DNA of 64,000 nt, taken from the NCBI GenBank assembly GCA_964016885.1, contig OZ024744.1:43400001-43464000 (forward strand), written 5' to 3'. The DNA comes from Eledone cirrhosa (taxonomy: Eukaryota). Numbering within the stretch: position 1 is the first letter of the stretch; each line of letters begins with the position of its first letter. A model generated the notes under the pieces. It made no database searches and was not told the DNA's origin. It worked only from the letters and a program-made list of their open reading frames with translations. Position numbers and translations under genes: made by a program. Below are positions 61,251-64,000 of this stretch, one piece after another.

Positions 61251-62662
61251 GTATATGTATGCGTGTTTCTTTATGACCAGTTTTTTTCTATATGAATTTG
61301 TCACCCGATATTCGCGGGTGTTACGTTCCTAGACCACCCGCGAAGAATGGAAAACCGCGAATAGTGAACGTTCATCATAAAAATCCCTATAAACGTCAAA
61401 ATATAACGTACAATATAATAAAAAAAAAGAGGGAGCGTCCAATAAGCCGGCCAATATGGAATATTCTCAATTATGGGTGCTCGTCAGAGACACGTTTCTA
61501 TGACGTGATCTCGCCTAAAGCTTGCTTGGTATACTTACAGCTAGCTTCTACTAGGATCTTGAAGTGTTAAATCTACTCTTAATAATTGTTTCTACTTTTG
61601 GCACAAGGCCAGCAATTATCCCAGTGTATTACTGGTACTTTATTTTATTGACCCCGTAATGATGAAAGGCAATGTTAACCTCGGCGGGATTTGAACTCAG
61701 ACCATAAAGGGACGTAACTATGCTGCAAAGCATGACGTCCGACCCTCTACCGATACTGCCAATCCAATAATGTAATACAAGTTGAATCATAGCGGTAAGT
61801 TATCAGTAGATGAGGAGACAAAAGTCTCTGATACACGTACAAATAATCACTTATATTTTCTATTAAAAACAACTCTAATTATATCTACACCTAGTTTATC
61901 TTAAATCTTGTAAAATAACATTGTTCTGTATATATTATATAATTATTTACATTTCCAAATAAATAATTGTCATACAATTTAGCCTGATATTTCATTTATT
62001 CTCTGAAAACCAGTCCTTAGGTAATTAGTGCCCCAGTCTGGCCGTAAACATAGCTCAGACTATTTTGAAGTACAGTGTATGTCCGACATTCGCGGTCGCG
62101 GTTATTTTCCTGAGAACTTAAATAATAATTGTTTGTGGAAACCACCGTATATTCGCGGAGTCGTAGATATCTGCCATGATGTTTTTATGGCTTTTTTCGT
62201 GGCAATATATATATTTTTAACTCTAAATTATCAAGAACATTATACCATATTGGCCGGCCTATTGGACGCTCCCACTTTTTTTTATTATATTGTACGTTAT
62301 ATTTTGACGTTTATAGGGATTTTTATAGACCACGTTCCATATTCGCGGTTTTCCACTCTTCGCGGGTGCTCTAGGAACGTAACCCCCGCGAATATCGGGT
62401 GACAAATTCATATAAAAAAAAAATGGTTACAAAGAAACACATACATATACATAAACAGACACATCCAGACACTAGATATATACATATTACATACACATAT
62501 ATACACATACATATACATAAACAGACACATACAGACACTAGATAGTTACATATTACATACATACACATATCTACACCTACATATACATAAACAGACACAT
62601 ACAGACACTAGATATATACATATTACATACATACACATATCTACACCTACATATACATAAAC
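60900..62662. mobile_element. Foldback/MITE-like element with long inverted arms (core 61289-61459 vs 62245-62414, extending into the minisatellite)
   Basis: TATATGAATTTGTCACCCGATATTCGCGG..GGCCAATATGG vs CCATATTGGCC..CCGCGAATATCGGGTGACAAATTCATATA; TATTCGCGG resembles Tigger/pogo-type TIRs. Confidence 0.75.
61580..61765 (-). mobile_element. Nin-domain SINE inside the foldback element
   Basis: Reverse complement of the 44625-44806 SINE. Confidence 0.8.
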
Positions 62663-62978
62663 AGAGAGAGAATTTTCTGTTACAAAAGCGACGACACCTT
62701 CCCTGGTCACTTGGCTTTTAACTTCTATGGTGATAGTAATGACGGACACCTGTCACCTTCTATTTCAGCATAAAACATAAAACAAAGTATCTTCAACAAA
62801 ACTTCAAAAACGCGGTATTCATTTACGAATGTTTACATACAACTTTGTACTTTTATGATTAGAAATAATCATATTCCTTTTTCCTTTTCTAACTGAAGTG
62901 AAGTAAATTTTATATCTAACCAAAATTAACCATTCTGTCATCTTTATTTTCAACAACAACTAACTCCGTTTCACTTCA
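62661..62978 (+). mobile_element. 3' portion of an LTR of the Gypsy family at 38271
   Basis: Aligns to 38391-38701, ends CACTTCA. Confidence 0.88.
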
Positions 62979-63359
62979 AATATCTGGGCGTTCTAGTGTA
63001 ATATTGAAATGTGTCTTAGTCTAGTGAATGAGATGGTCCACTTGCTAGAAATAGCAGTCGAATCCACTGCTTTTTCGAGTGAGGGACACACTTTATGTTC
63101 AGTTAGGACACCTTTTAAGCTACTCTCGTTCTTAGTTGACTTGCAGCTAAACATAACCAGCACTAGCGTCAACAATATCAACAACAGTAAAACCACCACT
63201 AATAACAATTACAACACCACCACCAACAACAACAATACCACAACCACCAGCACCACCACCACTACCAGAATCATAAAAAAACCCATCAAAGTAGGACAAA
63301 GGGCTATAAATACTATAAATGAGAGGAAACGGAGGGTAAAACTAAGATTATGAGGTCAC

Positions 63360-64000
63360 AGAAGAGAGGGAGGGGGATAGGCTTTATGTCTGGGGCCAGG
63401 TTTTGTTGGGGCTACACACCACGGACAATAATGGGGAAAGACATTTCCGCGGACAATGGCCAGCAAGAGCGCCGCAACAGCCACCCCACCTGGCGGGGTT
63501 CTTGACGTTGACCGGTGCAAAGAGGAAGCGGCCGGACAAGCCCTGGTATTTACTTGTCTTCCTATCCTCTGCAATGTGGGCTGAAATACAGGGGTTTGTG
63601 GCGGCGAACGTATTACAGCATTTAGCGTCTCAGATTAGGGATTTACCTCTTTCGAATGAAAAGAGGGTAATTCCGTCGGGGCGCTTGCCGTCTCCACGGT
63701 CAAGGCTTGCTGGCCCCAGTTGTGATGGGAAAGAAGCTGAGTCCAGGGTCGTTCTCAGTATGTCGTTGAGATCGGCATGTCGGGAGAACCGACCTGCGTT
63801 CTAGCGGCATGACAGTGGATGCAGCCCACCCTCGCCAACGACAGCCCCCACAACAGTATTTATGTGAATCCCACACGTGGCGGCCGAGACGTTGGGTCAC
63901 TCCTATGTGTATGCACTCGTCATCCAGAAGGGTACTGGTTGATGAGGATAGCACATAAACATTAAGCCATGTATCGCTGTTTGGCTGCGAAAGTGATCGG
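63360..64000 (-). mobile_element. CRE-like LINE 3' fragment, runs off the right edge
   Basis: [36 protein letters not shown]; same family as 43090-43720. Confidence 0.78.

Overview
Repeat-dense eukaryotic DNA; the microsatellite load, Nin-domain tRNA SINEs and LINE repertoire suggest an octopus or other cephalopod genome (inference). Most long ORFs in the track are microsatellite artefacts. One probable host gene is invisible to the ORF track: a minus-strand gene with a 220-bp first coding exon (18130-17911) followed by at least eight 54-66-bp phase-1 microexons made by tandem duplication, running off the left edge. The rest is nested mobile DNA: RTE, R4/Dong-like, CRE-like (one with a PHD finger) and HERO-like LINEs; several Penelope-like elements; a non-coding LTR element with an intact TSD; a Gypsy element; hAT and Helitron relics; and two head-to-tail, nearly intact Tx1/L1 LINEs inserted at (GATA)n. 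Several hammerhead-ribozyme-like motifs occur: one in a sense-strand intron, a pair in an 830-bp foldback, and one in a retrozyme-like 624-bp unit. All calls were read by eye; element boundaries without a TSD or splice site are approximate.
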